Source: an uncultured bacterium
Lineage (GTDB): Bacteria > Edwardsbacteria > AC1 > EtOH8
Assembly (NCBI GenBank): GCA_963780225.1
Contig: CAWAAX010000027.1
Coordinates: 64,001 to 128,000 of the forward strand
Direction of reading: 5' to 3'
DNA length: 64,000 nucleotides
Shown: positions 1 through 9,429 of the stretch, piece by piece
Position numbering within the stretch: position 1 is the first letter of the stretch
Layout: each line of letters opens with the position of its first letter
Program-made: the position numbers and the translations under genes
Notes under the pieces: model-generated
What the model was told of the DNA's origin: nothing
The model's input: the letters and a program-made list of their open reading frames with translations, nothing else
The model's database searches: none

Positions 1-506
1 ATGTGCTGGGACCTTTGGGAAAGGGATTTGAGATCAGCCGGAAATACAAAGAGCATGTGATCCTGGCCGGGGGAATGGGCCTGGCCCCGATGCAGTTTCT
101 GGCCAGCCGCCTGAAGGCCAGGAAGCTTGAGACCCGGCTTTTTTACGGATGCTCCGGCAAAAAGGAAATGCTGCCCTGCCCGGCTCCCGGCAAGGTCATC
201 GCCACCGACGACGGCAGCTGCGGGTACCGGGGGTTTGTGACCGATGCCTTCCTGACCCGCATCGACAAGTTCAAAAAGCCGGTGGTTTACGCCTGCGGCC
301 CCTGGCCGATGCTCAAGCGCACTGCGCTGATCTGCCGTCAGCACCACATCGACTGCCAGGTCTCCCTGGAGGCTTTCATGGCCTGCGGAGTGGGCGCCTG
401 CCAGGGCTGTGTGGTCAAAGGGATAAAGGAATATGTCACCGTCTGCCGCCAGGGCCCGGTGTTCGACAGCCGGGAGATAGACTGGGATCAGGAGTCCGGC
501 CTATGA
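1..506 (+). CDS. pyrK: Dihydroorotate dehydrogenase electron transfer subunit (5' truncated by window)
   Basis: GPLGKGF, AGGMGLAP, ACGP and MACGVGACQGC...VC 2Fe-2S motif; stop overlaps pyrD start (ATGA 503-506). Confidence 0.93.
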   Translation, partial: VLGPLGKGFEISRKYKEHVILAGGMGLAPMQFLASRLKARKLETRLFYGCSGKKEMLPCPAPGKVIATDDGSCGYRGFVTDAFLTRIDKFKKPVVYACGPWPMLKRTALICRQHHIDCQVSLEAFMACGVGACQGCVVKGIKEYVTVCRQGPVFDSREIDWDQESGL

Positions 507-1438
507 AAAACATCAGAACCAAGAATTCCATTGACCTCTCGGTGGAGATCGCCGGGATCAAAATGAAGAACCCGGTGCTGGCCGCCTCCGGCACCTTCGG
601 CTACGGGACGGAATACCTCCCCCTGGTCCCCCCCGGCCTGTTCGGGGCCGTGATCACCAAGACCATCACCCTGCTGCCCCGGGCCGGAAACAAGCCGCCC
701 AGGGTCTATGAGACCCCCGGCGGAATGCTCAATTCCATCGGCCTGGCCAATGTGGGGGCGGAAAAGTTTTTAAGTGAAAAACTGCCCGAGCTGCTATCCC
801 ACCACCCGGTGGTGATAGTCAACATCGCCGGCAATACCATGGAGGAATACATTGAACTGGCCGGGATGCTCAAAGGCCATCCGGGCATCTCCGGGATCGA
901 GCTGAACATCTCCTGCCCCAACGTCAAACAGGGCGGCGTGGCCTTCGGCTCGGATCCCGTCCAGGCCGCCAAACTGACCGCCCTGGTGAAAAAGGCAATA
1001 GATAAGCCACTGATAGTAAAACTCAGCCCCAACGTGGCGGACATCGCGGCCATCGCCCGGGCGGTGGAGCAGGCCGGGGCCGACGCCATTTCGCTGATCA
1101 ACACCCTTTACGGGATGGCCGTGGACATCGATAAGCAGAGGCCTGTATTGGGCAATATCACCGGCGGCCTTTCCGGACCGGCCGTCAAACCGGTGGCCCT
1201 CTACAACGTATTCAAGGCCAGCCGGGCGGTAAAGATCCCAGTGATTGGACTGGGCGGCATCATGAATTCTGATGACGCGGTGGAATTCCTGCTGGCCGGG
1301 GCGGCGGCAGTCCAGATCGGCACCGCCTCCTTTGTCAACCCCGGCGCCGTCAAGGAGATCACCGGCGGACTGAGGGATTACTGCCTTAAAAAGGGATACT
1401 CCAAAGTTTCACAGATCACGGGGAAGTTGGCGGTATAA
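503..1438 (+). CDS. pyrD: Dihydroorotate dehydrogenase family 1B catalytic subunit
   Basis: NPVLAASGTFG, MLNSIGLAN, ELNISCPN, VKLSPN, GGLSG motifs; start reassigned to ATG 503 (ORF track start 149 lies inside pyrK). Confidence 0.95.
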   Translation: MKNIRTKNSIDLSVEIAGIKMKNPVLAASGTFGYGTEYLPLVPPGLFGAVITKTITLLPRAGNKPPRVYETPGGMLNSIGLANVGAEKFLSEKLPELLSHHPVVIVNIAGNTMEEYIELAGMLKGHPGISGIELNISCPNVKQGGVAFGSDPVQAAKLTALVKKAIDKPLIVKLSPNVADIAAIARAVEQAGADAISLINTLYGMAVDIDKQRPVLGNITGGLSGPAVKPVALYNVFKASRAVKIPVIGLGGIMNSDDAVEFLLAGAAAVQIGTASFVNPGAVKEITGGLRDYCLKKGYSKVSQITGKLAV

Positions 1439-1487
1439 GTAATAATAGTAATTTTTTAACCGCGAGGAATGGAAACAGGAATCTGTT

Positions 1488-2057
1488 ATGAAAGCTATTT
1501 GCATTATCGGCAGCCCTAATGAAAATGGGAATACTGCACTTATCGTTGACAAAATCATACAGGGTATGTCAACAAATAACATTGACATTAAACGGTATGT
1601 ATTAGGTTCAATGAATATTAATTATTGTAAAGGTTGTAAATCTTGTTACGAAACACGGCATTGCGTCCAACAAGACGATATGGAATTAATCTTAAAAGAA
1701 ATGTTTGAATCCGATGTGGTTTTAATTGCATCGCCTTCTTATTGGGGCAATGTTACTGGTCAGTTAAAAGTATTCTTTGACAGATGTACACCTTGGTGCA
1801 ACACTTTAGACGGTGGTACCACGATGCCAAAAGGTAAAATCGGAATATCAATTGCCATACGCGCAGGCAAAGGCGAAAAAGAAAACCAGCACATAATCCA
1901 TGAGATAGAGCATTATTTCAGCCACCTTGGTATCAAGCCTGTAAAAAGTTTAACCATAGAGGGCATTTTGCATAAGGCAGACTTTGGTGTCAATCCAAAG
2001 AAGTTACTTGATGCCCAGGACCTTGGGCTTAGCGTCATTGACCTTTGTCCTAATTGA
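1488..2057 (+). CDS. Flavodoxin-like NADPH-dependent FMN reductase / iron-sulfur flavoprotein
   Basis: GSP..GNT, CKGCKSC..C cluster, SPSYWGNVTGQLKVFFDR; visibly AT-richer than its neighbours. Confidence 0.85.
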   Translation: MKAICIIGSPNENGNTALIVDKIIQGMSTNNIDIKRYVLGSMNINYCKGCKSCYETRHCVQQDDMELILKEMFESDVVLIASPSYWGNVTGQLKVFFDRCTPWCNTLDGGTTMPKGKIGISIAIRAGKGEKENQHIIHEIEHYFSHLGIKPVKSLTIEGILHKADFGVNPKKLLDAQDLGLSVIDLCPN

Positions 2058-2093
2058 TGTGATAATAAAAAACTAATGTTCATAACGGACGGT

Positions 2094-2549
2094 ATGAAGA
2101 AGATCCTTTGGGCATTACTGCTCACCGCCGCATTTTTGGGCTGCGCCCCCGCCCCCATCTACCGGAGCGGGACGGCCGGCACCAGCCCGGTCAAAGAAAC
2201 TGCGGCGGAGCATAAAACCCAGCCCCCGGCCAAAATCGAACCCTGGCCTCTTTCGGCCCAGCAAGGCCTGGCCAGCTACTACGGCCGGGAATTCCACGGG
2301 CGCAAGACCGCCAACGGCGAGACCTTTGACATGGAGGCCATGACCGCCGCCCACCGCACCCTGCCCTTCGGCACCATGGTCCGGGTTACCAATCTCAGGA
2401 CCAGCCAGAGCGTGACCGTCAAGATCAACGACCGAGGGCCGTTCGTGGAAGGCCGGCTGATAGACCTGTCCCAGGGCGCGGCCAGAAAGATCGGGATCGA
2501 CGGGGTGGAACCGGTCCGGCTGGAGATCATCCAGCAGCCAGATAATTAA
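2094..2549 (+). CDS. rlpA: Septal ring lytic transglycosylase RlpA family lipoprotein
   Basis: Lipobox FLGC; GLASYYG..FHGRKTANGE, TAAHRTLPFG, INDRGPF..RLIDLS. Confidence 0.92.
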   Translation: MKKILWALLLTAAFLGCAPAPIYRSGTAGTSPVKETAAEHKTQPPAKIEPWPLSAQQGLASYYGREFHGRKTANGETFDMEAMTAAHRTLPFGTMVRVTNLRTSQSVTVKINDRGPFVEGRLIDLSQGAARKIGIDGVEPVRLEIIQQPDN

Positions 2550-2671
2550 TCCGACTACGCTGCTTCATATTCAACAAAGCTTCGTCGGACAGGCAATGAA
2601 CATCAAACAATTATCAATCCCGGTTCCCATTTTCCAATTAACGGATAACGATTAACGAGTCAAGGAGAGCG

Positions 2672-3406
2672 ATGCAGATACCAGCCAACGAACGACTGAT
2701 AGTGGCCCTGGACGTACCTTCCTACGCCGAAGCCGAGAAGCTGATCAAGGATATCTCCGGCCCGGTAAAATATTTTAAGGTCGGCAGCCAGCTGTTCACC
2801 GCCTGCGGACCGAAGATAGTGGAACTCATAAAAGCCCAGGGCGGAAAGATATTTCTGGACCTGAAATTCCACGACATTCCCAACACCGTAGCCAAGGCCG
2901 CCGTGTCGGCAGTGGAACTGGGAGTTGACATGTTCAACCTTCATTCCATGGGAGGATTTGAGATGATGGAAGAAGCCGGCAGCGCGGCCATCGAGGCCTG
3001 CGCCCGGTTCAAGAAACCCAAGCCGGTGATCCTGGGGGTGACCGTGCTGACCAGCTTTGACGAAGCCACCTTCAGCGATGTGCTGGGCGCCCCCGGCCGC
3101 GGCATCCCGGAACAGGTGCTGCACCTGGCCCGGCTGACCAAGAGCGCCGGTCTGGACGGCGTGGTGGCCTCGCCCCAGGAGATAGAACTGCTGAGAAAGA
3201 ATATGCCTGAAGATTTCGTGATCCTGACCCCGGGGATAAGGCCGCTGGATGCCGAGGCCGGCGACCAAAAACGGTTTTTGACGCCCGGACAGGCCATAGC
3301 TTTGGGAGCAGATTACCTGGTGGTGGGCCGGCCCATCACCGGAGCCAAGGACAGGAACGCCGCCGCCAACAACATCCAAAAGGAGATCCAAGATGCCCTT
3401 AAGTAA
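2672..3406 (+). CDS. pyrF: Orotidine-5'-phosphate decarboxylase
   Basis: LIVALD, DLKFHDIPNTV, TPGIR, GDQKR, VVGRPI; RBS AAGGAG upstream. Confidence 0.97.
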   Translation: MQIPANERLIVALDVPSYAEAEKLIKDISGPVKYFKVGSQLFTACGPKIVELIKAQGGKIFLDLKFHDIPNTVAKAAVSAVELGVDMFNLHSMGGFEMMEEAGSAAIEACARFKKPKPVILGVTVLTSFDEATFSDVLGAPGRGIPEQVLHLARLTKSAGLDGVVASPQEIELLRKNMPEDFVILTPGIRPLDAEAGDQKRFLTPGQAIALGADYLVVGRPITGAKDRNAAANNIQKEIQDALK

Positions 3407-3974
3407 ACAGGAGATCAAAGATATTCTGGTCAACCGGCAGGTGCTGTTGGACGGCCACTTTTTGCTGACCTCGGGGAAGCACAGCCGGTATTATTTCGAG
3501 AAATTTAGAATATTGCAGTACCCCAAGGACAGCCAGGCCTTTTGCGGAATGATCGCCGAGCATTTCAAGGATGCCGGAATTCAGACCGTGGTCGGACCCA
3601 CCACCGGCGGCATCATCATAGCCTCCGAAGTGGCCCGGCAGATGGACAAAAAGGCGATCTATGCCGAACGGACGCCCGAGGGACGGGGTTTTTTAAGGGG
3701 AATGTCCCTGGCCAAAGGCGAAAAAGTGCTGGTGGTGGACGATGTGATGACCACCGGAGGCTCGGTGGTCGAGACCATAGAGGCGGTGAAACGGGCCGGA
3801 GCGCAATTGATGGGCGTGGCGGTTTTCATAGACCGCAGTTCCAAAGCCCAGGATTTCGGGGTTCCCTTCCTGGGGATCTACGGTGAAAAGGTGGAGACCT
3901 TCGAGCCGGACAATTGCCCCCTCTGCAAAAAGGGGATTCCCCTGGCCAAGCACGGCAGCAACCCCAATAAATAA
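3393..3974 (+). CDS. pyrE: Orotate phosphoribosyltransferase
   Basis: GHFLLTSGKHS, PRPP motif VVDDVMTTGGS; overlaps pyrF end. Confidence 0.95.
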   Translation: MPLSKQEIKDILVNRQVLLDGHFLLTSGKHSRYYFEKFRILQYPKDSQAFCGMIAEHFKDAGIQTVVGPTTGGIIIASEVARQMDKKAIYAERTPEGRGFLRGMSLAKGEKVLVVDDVMTTGGSVVETIEAVKRAGAQLMGVAVFIDRSSKAQDFGVPFLGIYGEKVETFEPDNCPLCKKGIPLAKHGSNPNK

Positions 3975-3985
3975 TAGCCGGGCAT

Positions 3986-4020
3986 AAAAAAAGACGCCAT
4001 CTTCGGATGGCGTCTTTTTT
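3986..4020. terminator. Bidirectional intrinsic terminator
   Basis: AAAAAAGACGCCATC-TTCG-GATGGCGTCTTTTTT between convergent genes. Confidence 0.85.
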
Positions 4021-4047
4021 ATGTCTATAAGCAGTTGCCTAAATCTA

Positions 4048-4797
4048 TTACCGGTTTAGCTTTTCGTGCCTTAACCTCTCCAACTCTGCTTTTAAAGGAT
4101 CCCAATATCTTTTGTCGTTTTTTCTTTCCGCCAGCTCTTCGCGCTTCAGTAATATCTCCAAACCCTTAAAATCATTTTCTATGGCTGCTTTCAAAAGGGG
4201 CCTTTTTATGCGGCATTCTTTGGCCGCTTTGGCATTTTTTTTTGCCAGCAGCATTAATTTACTGCTGTCCCGGCACTCTGTCAGCCACCATCTGATTTTT
4301 TCCCCAGTGTCTTTTTTGGCCAAAATCATGTCATTTTCAACCAACCTTTTGAGCATCAGCCAATCTTTGTCCCGTTGGGTTTTTTTGCTCTGTACCAGAT
4401 CCTCCAACCCAATAATCTCAATGGATCTGTTTGAGAGTACATTAACCGTGCTCCTTTTTTTCCATAATTTTACAAAATCATCACAACCCCTCAACCTGGC
4501 CATGATATCAATCCTTAAGTTTTTCACCGATGCGGCAGAACATCTGAAGTGGCAGGCATGACCCCGATCAAGAAATTCTGCCTTCAATGGCGGAACATAA
4601 ATGGACCTGGCTTTGAGCGCCCGCAAAGCCTTTCTGAGCCTGTCCAAATTCTCCGAGTTACAGAAAACCACGAAATCAGAATCCCGGCTGAATTCAGCGG
4701 CGCCGTAGATGATACAGGCCTGCCCGCCGATGAGCAGGCTTTTTACCCCGTATTTCTGAAAAGTTAAAAGGACTTTGAGGATCGGGTTCGCAGTCAA
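4048..4797 (-). CDS. Putative nucleotidyltransferase-fold protein
   Basis: LLIGGQAC..YG...SRDSDF (GG..DxD-like), later IDIM and K.TQRDKD motifs; AT-rich; exact start uncertain. Confidence 0.6.
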   Translation of the reverse strand: MTANPILKVLLTFQKYGVKSLLIGGQACIIYGAAEFSRDSDFVVFCNSENLDRLRKALRALKARSIYVPPLKAEFLDRGHACHFRCSAASVKNLRIDIMARLRGCDDFVKLWKKRSTVNVLSNRSIEIIGLEDLVQSKKTQRDKDWLMLKRLVENDMILAKKDTGEKIRWWLTECRDSSKLMLLAKKNAKAAKECRIKRPLLKAAIENDFKGLEILLKREELAERKNDKRYWDPLKAELERLRHEKLNR

Positions 4798-4909
4798 GGC
4801 TACCTCCCAATGACAGATATAATTTCCATAATTTACCTGATTCTATAATCCTTTGAACCGGAGTGAGCATCAACCACTCCCGCTCTTCCTGAATATATTT
4901 TTCATTCAT
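4694..4909 (-). CDS. Small hypothetical protein upstream of and overlapping the nucleotidyltransferase-like gene
   Basis: ATG at 4909 (MNEKYIQEEREWLMLTPVQRIIESGKLW...); 104-bp overlap with 4048-4797. Confidence 0.5.
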   Translation of the reverse strand: MNEKYIQEEREWLMLTPVQRIIESGKLWKLYLSLGGSLDCEPDPQSPFNFSEIRGKKPAHRRAGLYHLRRR

Positions 4910-4949
4910 CGCTGATCTTATATTTTGTTTCACGATAAAAAAACACTTT

Positions 4950-7082
4950 TTACCTGAACGAATACGGTATGGTAAAAGGCCGGTCGGCCGGCTGGCCATT
5001 GACCGTACCCGGTTTGAAGTTAGATTTCTTGGCCGCCGTCAAGGCCGCCTCGTCGCAGCCGCCGCCGATGCCCCTCAGCACCTCGGCGCTCTTGACCTTG
5101 CCGTCTGCTCCCACGATCACCTTAACAAAGACCCTTCCGGTGATCCCGGCTTTTTTGGCCAGGTCGGGATACTCGGCCTTGCCGATGTTGGTGGGTTCAG
5201 GGTCGGTGGGTGGGATCTCCGCTACCGGTTCAGGCGCGGCTGCCACCGGCTCGGGCACAGCTTCTGTGGCCGGGGCCGGAGCCGGGGTTTCGGCTACCAG
5301 AATGTCCTGGGGGTTGACCGGCTTGGGAGTCGGGGCCGGTTTGACCGGAACAGGTTTGGGCTCTGCCGGGACAGGATTGTTGTTGACCGGTGCTTGAGTG
5401 GGAGTTTCCGGCTCGGGAGCAGGTGCGGAGGCCGGTATTTCCGGGGCCGGCGGGGTAACGGCCGCCACTTGGACGCCTCGCCGTTCGGCCGATGGTATCC
5501 ACCATTCGTCCAATGAAGCCAGGGGACCGCGGGCGTCGCTCTCGGCGCCCTTTACCCCTTTGTAGACCATGGCCACCACATTGGGCACGAACAGGTAGGT
5601 GGTGGGCTGTTCCTGGAAGACCACCTGCTGGAATTTGACCCAAATATCCTTGGCCTTGCGCCGGCTTAAGGTCCCCAACCCCTGTTCGATCAGGCTGTCC
5701 ACCTGGGGATTGGAGTATTCCAAAAGATTGAATTTCCCCTTGCTTTCGATTCTGGTATGCCACACCGCTGTGGGATCAACCTTCTGGTCGTTCTTCCAGG
5801 AAAACATCATCACATCGTAAGCTCCGGTGCGGATCTTTTGAATGAAGGTCCTGGCGTCGGCCACTTGCACATTGACCTTTACTCCCACCACCTTCAGCTG
5901 TTTCTGAATGATGGCGGCTGAAGCCTCCAGCACCGGCTGGCCCTGGGCTAAAAGCAGGTTTATCTGCAGCACCTGACGGGGGTTCTTGGCCAGGAAACCA
6001 TCCTTGTTTATGGTCTTCCAACCTAGATCGGAAAGGACGGTCTTGGCCGGCTCGGGATCGTAGGGCATGGCTTTTAGGTTCTCGTCATAGGCCCAGGAAC
6101 TTGGCAGAATAGGCCCGGACGCGGTCTGGCCCTTGCCCAGCAGCACGTTCTGAATCATTTCGGAGGGATCGATAGCCATGGCAAAAGCCTTGCGCAGTTC
6201 GGCCGAGGCAAACAGCGGGCTCTTCAGGTTCCAGCCCATATAGGTATACGACCTTCCGGGATAGTCAATGGTGACCAGATTGGGATCGCCCTGCAGTTTC
6301 AGGACGCTTTGGGGCGAGAGATCCTCCGTCATATCAACCTCCCCGTTCTGCAGGGCGGCTGCCAGCGCGGCTTCGTCGCCGAAGAACCGGATCACGATCT
6401 GCTCCAGGGCCGGTTGGCCCTTGTAAAAATCAGGATTGGCGGCCAGCACCAGGCGGTCGCCCCGGATCCACTGTTCCACCTTGTATGGCCCGTCGGTCAC
6501 CGGGCTGGCGTCGAACTCGCCGGAACCCAGGCTGGACTGTTTTTCCAAAGAATGTTTGGGAAGCACGATGATCCCGGTATCAAACAATTCATCGGAGTAC
6601 AGCCGGTTGAACTTGAAGCGCACGGTGTAGGTGCCTATCACCTCCACCTTTTCCACGAACTGGAGGTACCCGGCCCGGGAATAGTTGACCGTGGGATCGG
6701 TCATCAGGTCAAAGGTATATTTGACATCCTCAGCCGTTACCGGTTGCCCGTCGCTCCACTTCACATCCTGGCGCAGATGATAAGTGACCTCCTTGAAATC
6801 CTCGGAGAACTTCCAGCTCTCAGCCAACTCGGGCACTATGTTCATCGATTTGTCAAAGCGGTGCAGGCTCAGGAAAAGTTTTTCCTGAATGTCGCTGGAT
6901 GCGGTGAACGACAGCAGCAGCGGGTTCAGCGAGGCCGGCTCGTTGAGCGAGCCGATGGTCAGCGTTCCCCCGGCCTCGCCCAGGGGATATTTTTCCCGTT
7001 TGGCACAACCCGCGATCACAATCATCAGAGACGCCGCTATTAACAGAAAGCACCCGGCACCAAAATGGGAAAACCGTCTCAT
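4950..7082 (-). CDS. Family 5 (peptide/nickel) ABC substrate-binding lipoprotein fused to a Pro-rich linker and TonB C-terminal domain
   Basis: RBS AAGGAG before ATG 7082; lipobox IAGC; LAESW, VKWSDGQPVTAEDVKYT, GPYK, ELRKA SBP motifs; C-terminal YPDLAKKAGITGRVFVKVIVGADGKV...FKPG..NGQP. Confidence 0.85.
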   Translation of the reverse strand: MRRFSHFGAGCFLLIAASLMIVIAGCAKREKYPLGEAGGTLTIGSLNEPASLNPLLLSFTASSDIQEKLFLSLHRFDKSMNIVPELAESWKFSEDFKEVTYHLRQDVKWSDGQPVTAEDVKYTFDLMTDPTVNYSRAGYLQFVEKVEVIGTYTVRFKFNRLYSDELFDTGIIVLPKHSLEKQSSLGSGEFDASPVTDGPYKVEQWIRGDRLVLAANPDFYKGQPALEQIVIRFFGDEAALAAALQNGEVDMTEDLSPQSVLKLQGDPNLVTIDYPGRSYTYMGWNLKSPLFASAELRKAFAMAIDPSEMIQNVLLGKGQTASGPILPSSWAYDENLKAMPYDPEPAKTVLSDLGWKTINKDGFLAKNPRQVLQINLLLAQGQPVLEASAAIIQKQLKVVGVKVNVQVADARTFIQKIRTGAYDVMMFSWKNDQKVDPTAVWHTRIESKGKFNLLEYSNPQVDSLIEQGLGTLSRRKAKDIWVKFQQVVFQEQPTTYLFVPNVVAMVYKGVKGAESDARGPLASLDEWWIPSAERRGVQVAAVTPPAPEIPASAPAPEPETPTQAPVNNNPVPAEPKPVPVKPAPTPKPVNPQDILVAETPAPAPATEAVPEPVAAAPEPVAEIPPTDPEPTNIGKAEYPDLAKKAGITGRVFVKVIVGADGKVKSAEVLRGIGGGCDEAALTAAKKSNFKPGTVNGQPADRPFTIPYSFR

Positions 7083-7281
7083 GTATGGCTCCTTTAGTTT
7101 TAAAGGATATTGGAAATTAAAAAACACTTTAATTCTATAAGGAAACCCTGCCTTGCGCCACCGTTGTAGCTAAGGCGGACAGGCAGGAATGCAGGAACAA
7201 TATTTCAGGAACAATATTTGATGTTATTGCCGGTGTTTCCTTGTTCCAGTGTTTGGTTCTAAAGCTTCCCTAATACATAAC

Positions 7282-7308
7282 ATTATAACAACTTAAGCTT
7301 TTTGTCAA
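7282..7308 (-). promoter_or_regulatory. Putative sigma70 promoter of the SBP-TonB gene
   Basis: Minus strand TTGACA-15 nt-TATAAT with TG extended -10. Confidence 0.5.
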
Positions 7309-7354
7309 GCAAAATTTACTTGCGAGTCCCTGATTTTTATAGTATAGTTATGTT

Positions 7355-8386
7355 ATGATGTTTTCTGCTTTCATATTCACATTTCTGATCATTCTTAACT
7401 CCACTGCAAAGGCCGACACCATGCCCAAAACAGACCCCTCCCGCCTTGCCGCCGACCTCCACTGCGATGCACCCATGAAGATCGTCAAGGGAAAGACTTT
7501 GACCGATAAAACCAGCCATGTTACCATCAGCAAGCTGAAGAAAGGCCGGATCGGACTTCAGGTCTTCGCCTGCTGGGTTCCGCCAACTTACCGCCGCCAG
7601 AAGGCCATTGACTACACTTTGAAGATGATATCCATGACCAAGTCCCAAATATCAAGCCACTCATCCCAATTGATGCTGGTGACCGACAGGGCTTCCTGGC
7701 AGAAATGCATAAAGGAGAAGAAGACTGGAGTACTGCTGGGCATCGAAGGCGGCCACGCATTGGGAGAGAAGGCGGAAAACCTGAAAATGTTCCATTCCCT
7801 CGGAGTAAGGATATTGACACTGACCTGGAACAATTCCAACAAATTCGCCACCTCCGGCTTCAGCGCCGGTAAGACCAAGAAAGACCCTGGGCTGACAGCT
7901 GAAGGCTTAAAGCTGGTGAAGTTGGCCGACTCGCTGGGGGTGATGATTGACCTCTCCCATTCTTCCGAGAAGACCTTTTGGGATGTGCTGAAAGTTGCCA
8001 AGAAACCGCCTTTTGCCTCCCATTCCTGCGCCCGGGCTTTAAACAAGAAGTTTCAGTTCCGGAACCTGAGCGATGAACAGATAAAGGCCCTGGCCCGGGC
8101 CGGGGGATTGATCGGGGTCAATTTTTATCCCGGCTTCCTGGGGGAAAAGCGAAAACCGGCCGATATCATTTCCGTGGCCGATCAGTTTGACCATATGAAG
8201 AAGCTTGCCGGAGTTGAGTGCCTGGCCTTGGGCTCTGATTTCGACGGAATAACAGAGGTACCTAAGGGTTTGGAGGGTCCGGACAAGATTCCTGACCTGC
8301 TGAAGGTGCTGGAGAAACGGGGTTTTAGTAATGAAGAGATACGCAAAATAGCGCTGGATAACTTTATAAGATATATGGATTGGTGA
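7355..8386 (+). CDS. Membrane dipeptidase (peptidase M19) with N-terminal signal peptide
   Basis: DLHCD, LGIEGG, TLTWN, IDLSHS, ASHS, GSDFDG motifs; TTGCGA-17-TATAGT at 7320-7348 just upstream. Confidence 0.9.
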   Translation: MMFSAFIFTFLIILNSTAKADTMPKTDPSRLAADLHCDAPMKIVKGKTLTDKTSHVTISKLKKGRIGLQVFACWVPPTYRRQKAIDYTLKMISMTKSQISSHSSQLMLVTDRASWQKCIKEKKTGVLLGIEGGHALGEKAENLKMFHSLGVRILTLTWNNSNKFATSGFSAGKTKKDPGLTAEGLKLVKLADSLGVMIDLSHSSEKTFWDVLKVAKKPPFASHSCARALNKKFQFRNLSDEQIKALARAGGLIGVNFYPGFLGEKRKPADIISVADQFDHMKKLAGVECLALGSDFDGITEVPKGLEGPDKIPDLLKVLEKRGFSNEEIRKIALDNFIRYMDW

Positions 8387-8408
8387 ACTACGGGCTTGAT
8401 AACAGCCA

Positions 8409-8439
8409 AAAGCCCCGAAGCATTATGCTTCGGGGCTTT
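8409..8439. terminator. Intrinsic terminator
   Basis: AAAGCCCCGAAGCA-TTA-TGCTTCGGGGCTTT. Confidence 0.8.
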
Positions 8440-8474
8440 AATTTTTTGTTTTTCCTAAATCACAAGGATAGCAG

Positions 8475-8738
8475 TTAGAAGATAAATACGTGATCGGGGG
8501 AATTACCATTTCCGCCAAAAGCCTCCTTCATGCCATTTTCAATATAGGTATTCTTTATTTCCCGGGCCAGTTCCGGCGAATTCACATCCCAAGATTTGAA
8601 GTGGGGCGGTTGATTGTGCAGTTTTTGGCATTCTGAGGGCGAGGAGGTCACCCCAATGCACCAAACGCTGTAATTGATCACGTTGGCGTTTTTAACCCGA
8701 TCTTCGATCTCATTCATTATTTCTGCTATACTGGCCAC
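8475..8738 (-). CDS. Small hypothetical protein
   Basis: 87-aa ORF with GTG start and RBS-like AGGAAG; no function assignable. Confidence 0.6.
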   Translation of the reverse strand: MASIAEIMNEIEDRVKNANVINYSVWCIGVTSSPSECQKLHNQPPHFKSWDVNSPELAREIKNTYIENGMKEAFGGNGNSPDHVFIF

Positions 8739-8823
8739 TTAACTTCTTCCTTTTTTGTGACTTTCCGCCGCCCGGCTGAATACCGTGCGGTGGGAACAGT
8801 TTTTTCAATATTTGGAAGCGCGG

Positions 8824-9147
8824 TCACATTTCCATTATTGGTTCCAGATTTTTGGCCAGCAACTGCTCAATTTTATCCAAAAACTCGGGGGGAACCACTA
8901 TCCAGGTCACAAAAGGTTCTTTGTCCTGATGCTTTATCATTCCCGGATCATTGCGCAACTGCAAAAGCTTTGTCTTGACATGCCCCTGACCCAATTTTAA
9001 CACAGAATATTGGGAATTATCCAAAGATGAATTTTTTGCGGGATAAAATACCAAATAAATGCCTGCTAAATCCTTAAAGCATCCTTCGCAAAGTTCCAAT
9101 TCAAATAATTTGTACCATTGCCCATTGCCTTTTTTTGCCCACTTCAT
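8824..9147 (-). CDS. Hypothetical protein, possibly a degenerate GIY-YIG-like fold
   Basis: GIYLVF...VLKLGQG..KTKL...R pattern; AT-rich. Confidence 0.5.
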   Translation of the reverse strand: MKWAKKGNGQWYKLFELELCEGCFKDLAGIYLVFYPAKNSSLDNSQYSVLKLGQGHVKTKLLQLRNDPGMIKHQDKEPFVTWIVVPPEFLDKIEQLLAKNLEPIMEM

Positions 9148-9299
9148 GTCAATAATGTTATTTATTGTTAAGCTGTTTAATGACTTAAAAGGATTGCTTC
9201 CAGTTTGGCTAATTATTACACAATTTCAAGTTTCGACCATAATAAGATTTAGAGGCTATAATGGCAGGTAAGGTTCCCGTAAAACTGATTTATTTTTGT

Positions 9300-9338
9300 A
9301 TATCAAAAGCCCCTTCGTTACTGAAGGGGCTTTTGATA
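9300..9338 (-). terminator. Intrinsic terminator downstream of ppdK
   Basis: ATATCAAAAGCCCCTTC-GTTACT-GAAGGGGCTTTTGATA. Confidence 0.8.
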
Positions 9339-9429
9339 TGAGTCCGATTTACTTTTTGCCTTTTTTCGATATGGACACCGAGCCGATGGGCTGAGCGGCC
9401 CGTCTGAGCTGGCCGAAGCCTTGTCGAAG

